Source: Eledone cirrhosa
Lineage: Eukaryota
Length of the DNA stretch: 64,000 nt
Assembly: GCA_964016885.1 (NCBI GenBank)
Contig: OZ024744.1
Span: forward strand, 78,554,001-78,618,000
Direction of reading: 5' to 3'
Shown here: piece after piece, positions 49,636-64,000 of the stretch
Layout of the letters: each line of letters opens with the position of its first letter
Numbering within the stretch: position 1 is the stretch's first letter
Notes under the pieces: model-generated
Told to the model about the DNA's origin: nothing
What the model saw: the letters and a program-made list of their open reading frames with translations, nothing else
Databases searched by the model: none
Program-made: the position numbers and the translations under genes

Positions 49636-50405
49636 TTAAGATGGAAGTTGGTGGGTAGGATACAGGGTAGGGCATAGTAGTAGAGAAGAAGGGGTTGCTG
49701 GTGAGGAGGGGGAGATGGAGATGAGAAGTACAATTCCAATGAATGCATTCAATTTGGTGAAGAAATTATATTAAATGTATTTAATTTAAACTTTTTTTTT
49801 TCAATCTCACCTGGAACCAGTATAAAGAAGTCAATGAAGACAGACAAAAGATGAGAGGGAGGTGTGAAGGAGAAAAAGAAACAAAACAATTGTGTTCAGA
49901 TGCTTAAGTCACAACTGTAATGAAAAGTGTGGTCAACTGATTTGTTAGAAATGACAGCCAAATATCCCTCAGATTACACCCTATCATCTTCAAAAAGATG
50001 ATAAGAAGACTGATAATGGATTTAAAGAATGGGGATTTCTTCAAAAAGATGATAAGAACACTGATAATGTATTTATAGATAGACTGTGTCTGATATAAAA
50101 AAAAAAGACTGGATGGTCATGGCTAGAACGTCATCATGGATCTGCTTGATCAGGACTAACGTGGAGCTAAACAACAACAACAACCACACCATCAATCACT
50201 GATTTACATGATTAAGACTGATATGGGATTAAACAACAACAACACTACCATCATCCAAACCTTTAATCACAGGTCTGCTGGATTAAGATTGATCTGGGCT
50301 AAACACCAACAATAACATCATAAACACTTTCAATTATATATCTACTGGTTTATAACCTGGGGCTAAATAACAACAGTAACAAACAACTGCTTCTTCAACA
50401 CTTAA

Positions 50406-50625
50406 CCCTTTAGCATTTAAACTGGCCGGATAAGGCCAGAATTCTCTCACCTCTTTCTGTTCAAACCAGCTGTAACAAGTCACTCATACAGATGTTTAGG
50501 TATTGTTCTCAAAATAAATAACATCAAAAATCTCAGATTCGAAATTATGTGAGATAAATATGTGAAGTAAAGCCTTTACTATGGAAATACAATAGTATAT
50601 ATAGAGTAATGTAAATGCTAAATGG
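50406..50625. mobile_element. piggyBac-like MITE
   Basis: TTAA-ccctttagcattta ... taaatgctaaatgg-TTAA. Confidence 0.85.
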
Positions 50626-50844
50626 TTAATCATAGATCTACCAAATTAAGACTGACTTGGGGCTAAACAATAACACTACTACGATCTAAACATACAATCA
50701 ATCATAGATCTCTTGTATTAATACTAAGAACACTAAAACAAAGCTTCTTAAACAATAAAAGGTATATCAATCGCAAGGAAACAAAATTTCAGATTTTGTT
50801 TTCTCAAAGAATATCAAAAGCAAGTGTAGTTGGTTATTTGTGGG

Positions 50845-50883
<39 letters not shown>

Positions 50884-51298
50884 ATATAGAAATGGCTTCT
50901 ACAAGACTAGAGCTGTTTCATTCGAAGGAAATCAGGAAAGCCGACTGTCAATGTGATATGGTGGTATTTATACATTTTCTGTTGGTAGGGGAAGGTGGTG
51001 ATTGGCATGAGTGGAGGTCATTGGCTGATGGATTTAAAGAATGGGGATTCTTTGAAAAAACACTATATTTAGAGAAAAATACATAGTGATACAGAATGAT
51101 ACCAATGCAGGCACTCCTAATATTCAAAGTTCATCATTAAGTGGGTGTATTAACATGCTCTATTAAAGGATGGTGAAAACTGCAAATGGTAAGGTGTTTA
51201 CAATCACACACATGCGTATATATATGAAACCCAGGTTGAATCAGGGGTAACCAGAGTAAGTAAGGTACTCAATACATTAGTAGAGTATGTACAAAATT

Positions 51299-51423
51299 TA
51301 ATATAGAATGGGCTTCTATAGGACTAGAACTGTTTCATTCAAAGGAAATCATCAGGAAAGCCTTTCCTGATGATTTCTTTCAAATGAAACAGTTCTAGTC
51401 CTGTAGAAGCCATTTCTATATTA
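51299..51423. repeat. Palindrome with hammerhead core in both arms
   Basis: CTGATGA at 51367 and GAAAC at 51386; partial homologue at 50882-50942. Confidence 0.75.
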
Positions 51424-52064
51424 CCTTATATATATATATATATATATCATCATCAACCTCATCATCGTCGTATAACGTCCATCTTCCACGCTAGCATGAT
51501 ATATATATATATATATGGTTAAATAGTAATTTTACTGAGTGTATAAAATTCTACATTAGTTGTTTAGCAACAGGTCAGCACTAATTTTTAAATCTATGGT
51601 CAGAGAATTTCCACCTGTGACCATCCTGTCTTTTTTCCCCCAGATGATGTGTATCTATGACTACATTTTTGAAAGCATCGTTTTATCCTTTTACAACAAT
51701 AGTAAGCTGTGATTTGGCTGCTGTTACAAGCAAAATAAATACATGCACAATGGATGTCCTATTGAGAGATCACAGTTCTGATGCTATGGACATGTGGTCA
51801 GAATGTCTCAGGAAAGAATCATAGGACAGAATTAATGATTTAATGGGCAAAACCAATTGGTGGGAGATGCAGAGGTAGATGCTGAGCAAGATGGTTGGAT
51901 AACATCCATGAGCTCAGGTGGTTTCGCTTGTGGAACCTGGCTGGTCAATTAGAGACGGTTGCATCAAGCAGGACGCACTGGAAGGCATGCTTAAGGTCTC
52001 TGCCATCTCCACACTTCCAGCCTCAGGAATATGTGGGTGGTAAAGAAGAAAGAGGAGGAGAATA

Positions 52065-52255
52065 TAATTGTTTCTACTTTTGGCACAAGGCCAGCAATTA
52101 TCCCAGTGTATTACTGATACTTTATTTTATCGACTCTGTAAGGATGAAAGTCAAAGTTAACCTCAGCGGGATTTGAACTCAGTACGCCAAGGGCCATAAC
52201 TATGCTATAAAGCATGGCGTTTAACACTCTACCGATACTGCCAAACCACCGCCCT
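52065..52255 (-). mobile_element. tRNA-derived SINE, family 2
   Basis: Reverse complement of the 36885-37075 family. Confidence 0.8.
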
Positions 52256-53081
52256 AACAATAACAAGGATAATAATAATAATAATATATGAAAAGAAGAA
52301 TGATATAATTTACATCATCCTGGTAGCCTGATTTCCCAAAACCTACAATTCTGATAAATCAGTTCAAAATTACAAGATGTAATGTCCTGTGTTAATTTTA
52401 GGAAGAAATTAAGTAATATTGCTCTGTTGGATGATGAAGCACAGATAAATTGAGAGAAGATATTGGGTAGAAGACAAAGAAGAACAATCAAATGTATGAA
52501 GGATCACAGTTGGGTAAAGATGTGCCAGGAGTTTTAAGTGGAAGGAACCGCAGATGCAGATGAGGAAGACTGAGAAAGATACGGCAAGTAATAAGAAGGA
52601 AAGCTAATATTGGGAGACTGAATATCACCAAAGAAATGATAAATGACAGCGAAGATATAATATCTACATAATGTAATATTAATTATAAACATATATATAT
52701 ATAGGCATACAAATACATGTATACAACACAATCATATATATATATATATATTTAGGGATTTTAACGTCCAGATACTGTCGGTTCACCAGAGTCAGTACTT
52801 GATGCATAGTTTCCAGTCGGTATATTGATGTTGAACTAAGCAGAGTGTAATACTAATAATAATAAAAAGGTCCTTTTTATTATTAGTATATATATATACA
52901 CATATATATACATATTTACACATATACATATATACGAAGATGGTACTGAAAAGTTCCTGGCTTTAAGGGTATACAGAAGCCTGGTTAGAGGCCCAACCTT
53001 CCAAGTTCTTTTTACAGGACTTAGAAAAAACTGAAGGATTACTTCAATATGTGCAATATTTTCTTTTACCCAAAGCCATGA

Positions 53082-53122
<41 letters not shown>

Positions 53123-53126
53123 TTAT

Positions 53127-53323
53127 TTACATAATAAACAACACAATATAATTATTCCATTACCAAAGGTTTCAGGAGACTAGACTATCCTTACAGAAAC
53201 GTCCAGCTCGTTCATCAGGTGAAATAGTTGTCTGATGAAAGAGCTGGACGTTCCTGTAAGGTTCATCTAGTCTCCTGAAACCTTTGGTAATGAAATAATT
53301 ATATTGTGTTGTTTATTATGTAA
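53127..53323. repeat. ~200-bp palindrome with hammerhead ribozyme motifs
   Basis: Near-perfect ~92-nt arms; minus strand 53226-53153 folds as a type I hammerhead. Confidence 0.85.
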
Positions 53324-53549
53324 TTAAATAGCTCTGTACTATACATAGAGCACTCTTCTTTCCTTTACCTTTTCTACGGAAATACTTAAAACATATATAT
53401 ATATATATAGGTACTTTTCATCTCTGGGAGGGTTTTTATGGCTGGATGCCCTTCCTATTACTAACCACTTTACAGTGTGGACTGGCTGTATTCTTCATGC
53501 CACCAGCACAAGAGAAGTTGTTTGTTATCTTTATACCGCATCAGTTTTT

Positions 53550-53925
53550 TCTAATCTAGCACAGAAGGTATGCAAAAGCTGGGGAGAAAGGAAGCAAACA
53601 GGATTTAATGGAAGTACAAGCTTAATGGGCATAAACAACGGAGCATGGATGAACTGAATGAAAAAAGAGGTATCAGATGTAGTGTTCATGAGAGAAAACT
53701 GCTCTGGGTATAGACAATGAATTGTTGGGTGAAGAAGTCCAAAGAAATGCCAGTGGAAGGGTTTGCAGTAGAGGATAACCAAGGAATACTTAGGCAGAGG
53801 TGGTGAGAGCTGATCCCAAATCGCTGAAGCTCAGAGAGAGTAGATAACAAATAATAACAAGTGGATGGATGCTGTGGTGAGGAAGGCTCTTCCAACCAAT
53901 GCAAGCATGGAAAAGCAGACGAAAA
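53550..53925 (+). mobile_element. Old RTE 3' fragment
   Basis: Homologous to 6040-6420 (ggcagaggtggtgagagctga, ccaatgcaagcatggaaaagcagacg). Confidence 0.65.
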
Positions 53926-53939
53926 GTATCACCGCAACA

Positions 53940-54200
53940 TCCAGTCCAAACTAATGAGGTCATGTAGGTGTCACGACAAAAAAACACAGGCCACACTGTA
54001 ATGTGGTTGTGTAGGTAACACAGTAAAAAGCTCTGTCCACACTGTAAAAGTGGTTGGTGTTAGGAAGGGCATCCAGCCATCTGCCAGATAGTCCTATACG
54101 AGCGAGACACGGTCACTCGACCAATCTTGCCTGAGGTGAGACAATTCCCATCTAACCCATGCTAGCGTGGAAGATAGACGTTAAACGATGATGATGGTGT
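53940..54200 (+). mobile_element. SINE 3' portion with RTE-type tail
   Basis: ttaggaagggcatccagcc ... cccatgctagcgtggaagatagacgttaaacgatgatg. Confidence 0.8.
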
Positions 54201-54263
54201 TGATGATCATACATATATATTATATATATATATATACATACATATATATATATACATAAATAC

Positions 54264-54294
<31 letters not shown>

Positions 54295-54364
54295 CATACA
54301 TATATATATATATCCATCATCATCATCATCGTTTAATGTCTATCTTCCATGCTACCATGGGTTT

Positions 54365-54762
54365 AGAATATATATATAGATGTCAACTCTGGATGTCGGT
54401 GAGCATGTCCAGCTAACCCCAGTCTCCTCTGTGTCACTTTTGAGCTGACTCTTGGGATGTTCCCATACAGCTCTGAGTTTTTCATCCTCAGTGTATACTG
54501 ATTAATGTTCAGAGCCATCCTCAGCATTCTCATGTAGCACCCATCCACCATCTGAGTGAGTTTCTTGGTCAGTGTCCAAGTCTCAGACCCATACAGCAGC
54601 ACAGACTCCACTACATGGACACACTAGAAGACGTATGTTGATGCCCTAAGGACAGACACTGGTCTGTTGGAGACGCAGGACATGGCAGCGATAATGAGGG
54701 ACAGAGACCGCTGGACAGAACTCGTCCATGGATCTCGGGAATTTTACCCGCCTTAGATAGAT
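54365..54762. mobile_element. RTE LINE 3' end with internal inversion
   Basis: Minus strand ESVLLYGSETWTL..AGHAHRHPE is joined at ~54611 to plus strand TYVDALRTDTGL..MRDRDRW and a (TAGA) tail. Confidence 0.75.
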
Positions 54763-54804
54763 ATATATATATATACATATATAAGCAGAAGGTATATTCA
54801 ATTA

Positions 54805-55053
54805 GTTGATTTCTACAGCTGGATGCCCTTCCTAACACCAACCTCATTTACAGTGAGTGCTGGGTGCTTTTTTGCCATGGCACCTCCAGGTCCACTTTAC
54901 AGTTGAATGATATGGACCCCTATCATCTCATTTCTACAGCTGAGTAAACTGGAGCAATGTGAAATAAAGTGTCTTGCTCAAGAAAACAACACATCACTCA
55001 GTCTGAGAATTGAACTCACAACCTTTCAATTGCAAGGCCAATGCTCTAACCAC
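54805..55053 (-). mobile_element. tRNA-derived SINE, family 1
   Basis: Reverse complement of 60850-61099. Confidence 0.85.
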
Positions 55054-55751
55054 ATATATATATATACATATATATATATACATATATATATACACATATA
55101 TATATACACATATATATATATACATATATATACATACATATATATATATACACATATATATATATATACATATATATATACACATATATATATATATACA
55201 TATATATATACACATATATATATATATATACATATATATACACATATATATACACATATATATATACATATATATATACATATATACATACATATATACA
55301 TATACATATACATACATATACATATACATATATACACATATATATATACATATATACATATACACATATATATATACACATATATATACACATATATATA
55401 CACATATATATATACATATATATATACATATATATACACATATACATACACATATATATATACATATATACATACACATATATATATACATATATATATA
55501 CATATATATACACATATACATATATACATATACACATATATATATATATACATATATACACATATATACACATATATATACACATATATACACATATATA
55601 TATACACATATATATATACATATATATATACACATATATATATACATATATATATACACATATATATATACATATATATATACACATATATATACACATA
55701 TATATATACATATATATACATATATATACATATATATACATATATATATAC

Positions 55752-55784
<33 letters not shown>

Positions 55785-56905
55785 CATATATATATACATA
55801 TATATATATATATACATATATATATACATATATATATACATATATATATACATATATATATACATATATATATACATATATATATACATATATATATACA
55901 TATATATATATACATATATATATACATATATATATATATACATATATATACATATATATATATACATATATATACATATATATATACATATATATACATA
56001 TATATATACATATATATATACATATATATATACATATATATATACATATATATATACATATATATATACATATATATATATATACATATATATATATACA
56101 TATATATATATATACATATATATATACATATATATATATATACATATATATATACATATATATATATATACATATATATATACATATATATATATATACA
56201 TATATATACATATATATATATATACATATATATACATATATATATATACATATATATACATATATATATACATATATATATACATATATATACACATATA
56301 TATACATATATATATACATATATATACACATATATATACACATATATATACACATATATATACATATATATATACATATATATATACATATATATATACA
56401 TATATATATACATATATATACACATATATATATACATATATATACATACATATACATATATATACATATATATATATATATACACATATATATATACATA
56501 TATATATACATATATATACATACATATACATATATATACATATATATATATATATACACATATATATATACATATATATATATATACACATATATATATA
56601 CATATATATATATATACACATATATATATACATATATATATATATACACATATATATATACATATATATATATATATACACATATATATATACATATATA
56701 TATATATACACATATATATATACATATATATATATATACACATATATATATACATATATATATATATACATATACATATATATACATATATATATATATA
56801 CATATACATATATACACATATATATACATATATATATATACACATATATACACATATATATATATACACATATATACACATATATATATATACACATATA
56901 TACAC

Positions 56906-56967
<62 letters not shown>

Positions 56968-57011
56968 ATATACATATATATATATATATACACATATATA
57001 TATATATACAC

Positions 57012-57046
<35 letters not shown>

Positions 57047-57126
57047 TATACATATATATATATATACATATATATACACATATATATACACATATATATA
57101 TATGTATATATATGTGTATATATATG

Positions 57127-57180
<54 letters not shown>

Positions 57181-57193
57181 CATATATATACAC

Positions 57194-57234
<41 letters not shown>

Positions 57235-57275
57235 TATACACATATATATACATATATATATACATATATATACAC

Positions 57276-57322
<47 letters not shown>

Positions 57323-57369
57323 TATACACATATATATATATATACATATATATACACATATATATACAC

Positions 57370-57425
<56 letters not shown>

Positions 57426-57441
57426 ACACATATATATACAC

Positions 57442-57489
<48 letters not shown>

Positions 57490-57529
57490 TATACATATAT
57501 ATATACATATATATACACATATATATACA

Positions 57530-57610
<81 letters not shown>

Positions 57611-57611
57611 G

Positions 57612-57650
<39 letters not shown>

Positions 57651-57791
57651 TATACATATATATATATATAATATATCATATATTATATATATATATATAT
57701 TATAATATATATCTACATATATACATATATATACATATATAATATAATAATATATATACATATATTAGAGAGGTATTTATATTACATATAC

Positions 57792-57822
<31 letters not shown>

Positions 57823-57868
57823 GTACATTATATAGATATATATATACATATATATATCATATATATAA

Positions 57869-57939
<71 letters not shown>

Positions 57940-57960
57940 TATACATATATATATATACAA
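55054..57960. repeat. ~2.9-kb degenerate (TA)n/(CA) microsatellite
   Basis: Directly visible. Confidence 0.97.
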
Positions 57961-57998
57961 TATTAAATAAATGGAAACTATATTTATAAAACCATATT

Positions 57999-58064
57999 TA
58001 TTTCATTATATATATTTCGGGATATCATATTAACAATATGCTATGCCTTCCTCAGACAAAAATA
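57999..58064 (-). ncRNA. Type I hammerhead ribozyme motif
   Basis: tatttttgt-CTGAGGA-a.ggcatagcatatt.gtt.aatatgatatcc.c-GAAA-t.atat.ATA-atgaaata. Confidence 0.7.
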
Positions 58065-58245
58065 CAATATAAACAGTTTTTATAGATAAATAGATTCGAC
58101 ATACCGTAATAACATCGACTTGCATTTGAAGAGGTTAAGCTGGCAGCTTAACCTCTTCAAATGCAAGTCGATGTTATTACGGTATGTCGAATCTATTTAT
58201 CTATAAAACTGTTTATATTGTATTTGTCTGAGGAAGGCAATAGCA
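58039..58245. repeat. ~205-bp palindrome abutting the assembly gap and overlapping a hammerhead motif
   Basis: Centre aagaggttaagctg-g-cagcttaacctctt. Confidence 0.85.
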
Positions 58246-58445
58246 NNNNNNNNNNNNNNNNNNNNNNNNNNNNNNNNNNNNNNNNNNNNNNNNNNNNNNN
58301 NNNNNNNNNNNNNNNNNNNNNNNNNNNNNNNNNNNNNNNNNNNNNNNNNNNNNNNNNNNNNNNNNNNNNNNNNNNNNNNNNNNNNNNNNNNNNNNNNNNN
58401 NNNNNNNNNNNNNNNNNNNNNNNNNNNNNNNNNNNNNNNNNNNNN
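58246..58445. other. Assembly gap (200 N)
   Basis: Directly visible. Confidence 1.
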
Positions 58446-60828
<2,383 letters not shown>

Positions 60829-61175
60829 GTGGAGGCACATGGCTTACTGGTAAGGGCATTGGCCTTGCAATCGAAAGGTTGTGCGTTCAATTCTCAGACC
60901 GGGTGATGTGTTGTTTCCTTGAGCAAGACACTTTATTTCACATTGCTCCAGTTTACTCAGCTGTAGAAATGTGATGATAGGGACTGGGGTCCATATAATT
61001 CCACTGTAAAGTGGTCGTGGAGGTGCCACGGCAAAAAAGCACCCAGTACTCACTGTAAATGAGGTTGGTGTTAGGAAGGGCATCCAGCTGTAGAAATCAA
61101 GCCAGTATCAGTTACCGTCCCACCCTTGCAAGCAGGGAAAAAGCGGACGTAAAATGAAATGATGATGAATGATGA
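60829..61175 (+). mobile_element. Full-length tRNA-derived SINE, family 1, with RTE-type tail
   Basis: A box tggcttactgg, B box gttcaattc, tail cccttgcaagcagggaaaaagcggacgtaaaa followed by (GAT)n. Confidence 0.88.
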
Positions 61176-61178
61176 TAT

Positions 61179-61224
<46 letters not shown>

Positions 61225-61235
61225 CATCATCATTT

Positions 61236-61397
61236 TATGACCCCAGTCCCTATCATCTCATTTCTACAGTTGAGTAAACTGGAGCAATGTGAAATAAAGT
61301 GCCTTGCCTAAGGAAACAACACATCACTCGGTCTGAGAATTGAACTCACAAACTTTCGATTGCAAGGCCAATGCTCTAACCACTAAGCCATGTGCCT
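61236..61397 (-). mobile_element. 5' half of SINE family 1
   Basis: Reverse complement of 60835-60992. Confidence 0.85.
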
Positions 61398-61399
61398 AT

Positions 61400-61444
<45 letters not shown>

Positions 61445-61494
61445 CATACATATATACATACATATATATATGTATGTATATATCTCATCATCAT

Positions 61495-61750
61495 AATCAT
61501 CATCGTTTAACGTCCATCTTCTACGCTACCTTGGGTTTGGATGGGAATTTTCCCACTTGAGGCAAGATTGGTTGTCTTGCTCGTATAGGACTGTCTGGCG
61601 GGTTTTCTACGGCTGGATGCCCTTCCTAACACCAACCACGTTTACAGTGAACTGGGAGGTTTTTACCGTGTTACCTACACGGCCACATTACAGCGTGGAC
61701 TGTTTTTCGGACTGGGTGTTGTGGTACCAACATAACTTTACATTGAAAGT
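61495..61750 (-). mobile_element. SINE 3' portion
   Basis: cgtttaacgtccatcttc ... ggctggatgcccttcctaacaccaacc. Confidence 0.75.
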
Positions 61751-62250
61751 GGTGGTGTGGATGGGGTGGGGGTAGTGGGACGGGGGTGTGTTTTTGTTAG
61801 AGGTGCCTACTGACTAGGTTTCGCTTTGTACTTAGGCAAACTTATTAAAATAACAGATTAAAGTTTAAGCAAAGAATCGCTTATATACACATATATATAT
61901 ATATATATATATAGTTATATATATATATATATAGTTATATATAGTTATATACTTAAAAAGTACGTAGACATATGCTGTCACATACATATACATGAAGTAA
62001 TAATAATAAATAATAATAAATAAAGAAATGAATAAATAAATAAAACAAAATAGACAACGATAAGAGAGAGGAATAAAAACAAATAAAAATAAACAAATAC
62101 ACGAGGTGTGCAATTACATAAAAATACAGATACACAAAATAAAATAAAAAAAAAAAATATATATATATTTATACATAAATATATATATACATGTATACAC
62201 ACATACATACATATATATACACATAAATATATATATATACATGTATGCAC

Positions 62251-62285
<35 letters not shown>

Positions 62286-62694
62286 ACAAAAAACATGCAC
62301 AAACACTCATATACATGTATAAAAACACATACACAAATGTAAGTGTATATACATGTATATATATACATTCACATACACACAAGCGTGCAAATATACATAT
62401 ACACATGCATACACGCATATGAAAATAAGCATACAACCAAATATACTAACATACACATAAGCCCTACAAAAAGAGCAAAGGACCTACGTACAAACGTAAC
62501 CACATGCGTGTGTGTACTCGCACGTAAAGAACACAAGCAGACAAAGCCATACGTAAGGCTATACCTACAAAAAAACAAAGGCCTATATACAACCGCATAC
62601 ACACAACTATGAACGTAATCGCATACATAGAACCATATATAAGTATAATATAAACATAAACTCACACACAAATAAAAATACATACAAGCACATT

Positions 62695-62779
<85 letters not shown>

Positions 62780-62912
62780 TATATATACAAATACATACGC
62801 ACACACATATATATATACACATACATACACGCACATATACACACACATACATGCATATATATATATATACACACACACACACATACACATAAATATACGT
62901 ATACAGACATAT

Positions 62913-62964
<52 letters not shown>

Positions 62965-63059
62965 GTGTATATATAAGCATATATACACACATATACATAC
63001 ACGCACACATACACACAAACACATGTACAAAAGAATAATCAAATGAAATAATAAACGCA

Positions 63060-63520
63060 ATTGTTAAGAATAGGTAATGGAAAAATGTTGTGAAAGGTAT
63101 GCGATGAGATCTAGATAAGAGTATCTGGTTAAAGAGTGAACTGAGTAAAGGATAAAGGTGGTGGGTGTGTATGTATAAAGGGTAAGGTAGAAAGTAGGGG
63201 GAATATAAGTCCATTGAAAAAATCTTAATAGGGAAAAAAAATTTAATAAATATAAGGAGATATAGGAGATCGGGGAGAAAAAGTATATATGGGTAAGAAA
63301 TGTGAGTTCAGAGAGTAATAATATTCGTAGTGAGTGGAAGGCGTAATGAGTAAAGAAGAAGCTCAAGATGGTTGAGTCATCGTAGGAATGTCAATCCAGT
63401 TAAAAAGTAGATGCGATTTCAGATGTGGACAACATCTGAAGATCTCGGTCTTGGAGTTGAGGCAAGTGGAAGGTGCTTTCAAATTTTGGAGAATTCTAAA
63501 TTTTCGTTCACTCCTGGCTG
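63060..63520 (-). pseudogene. Penelope-like C-terminus and 3' UTR fragment
   Basis: ERKFRIL...LNSKTEIFRCCPHLKSHLL matches the LNKKSE..S.C.H-type tail of the 14-16 kb element. Confidence 0.6.
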
Positions 63521-63648
63521 GCTGGTTATTAATCAACGGTGTCAATTTGGCCTCATACACAATGGATTTGGTATTAAATTTACCCTATATATATTACATT
63601 ATATATATATATATATATATTATAAATATATATGCTATATATATTATA

Positions 63649-64000
63649 TGTAGCGACGTGGTTAGTCTGTCTGGTCACTACTTCTGATCGGATCCGAGAA
63701 TAGCCCTTAGGAGGACTGTTATCGCAAATGGTCTGATCGGATCTGAGGATAGCCCTTAAAAGAACTGTTGTCACATACGGTAAGGATGAACAGACGAAAG
63801 CACAAGTTGCAAGGTGAGAGATGTAGTTTCGATCAGCTATTTATTTTCACATGAAGCGGCGATACAGAGGTACAAGGCGTGTGTGAGTGACAAGTGTGGC
63901 AGAGGAGAGGAACAACGATACACTAGCTGACTCTGCCAAAGGTCGACTGGCGAAAGTGTTTGGAATCACTCTATTTATACAGAAATAATTGTTTGATGTT
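63649..64000 (-). mobile_element. 3' part of an LTR running off the window edge
   Basis: Minus strand has TATAAATA (63978-71), AATAAA (~63845), two ~50-bp tandem units, and ends in ..CGCTACA. Confidence 0.6.

Noticed and set aside
60835-60905. tRNA gene
   Set aside because: A and B boxes are present but continue into a multicopy SINE body
61801-61881. Minus-strand gcGAAAC-cta-GTC as a hammerhead
   Set aside because: The CUGANGA half is absent; at most a relic

Overview
AT-rich, repeat-saturated eukaryotic DNA. The SINE, RTE, Penelope and (TA)n content resembles a cephalopod (Octopus-like) genome; this is an inference. No host protein-coding exon could be supported, and the long Y/I/H/T 'ORFs' at 55-63 kb are microsatellite artefacts. 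The main contents are: (1) a nested stack at 22.8-35.5 kb, where an old hAT transposon carries two tRNA-Trp-primed LTR elements with 4-bp TSDs (a 2.25-kb pol-less one and a decayed Ty3/gypsy), and the gypsy carries a compact 4.15-kb LTR retrotransposon; (2) a near full-length Penelope-like element with hammerhead-bearing pseudo-LTRs and an inverted 5' end; (3) many (TA)n-embedded palindromes carrying whole or partial hammerhead ribozyme cores; (4) RTE, CR1/L2-like and Hero-like LINE fragments, tRNA-derived SINEs, an open-ORF mariner, a DD37D element, and hAT, piggyBac and mariner MITEs. The most striking observation is that the 4.15-kb element has no TGG-type primer binding site. Instead, the 12 nt abutting its 5' LTR are the exact complement of nucleotides 1-12 of metazoan tRNA-Phe (GCCGAAATAGCT), which suggests priming by a short 5' tRNA fragment.
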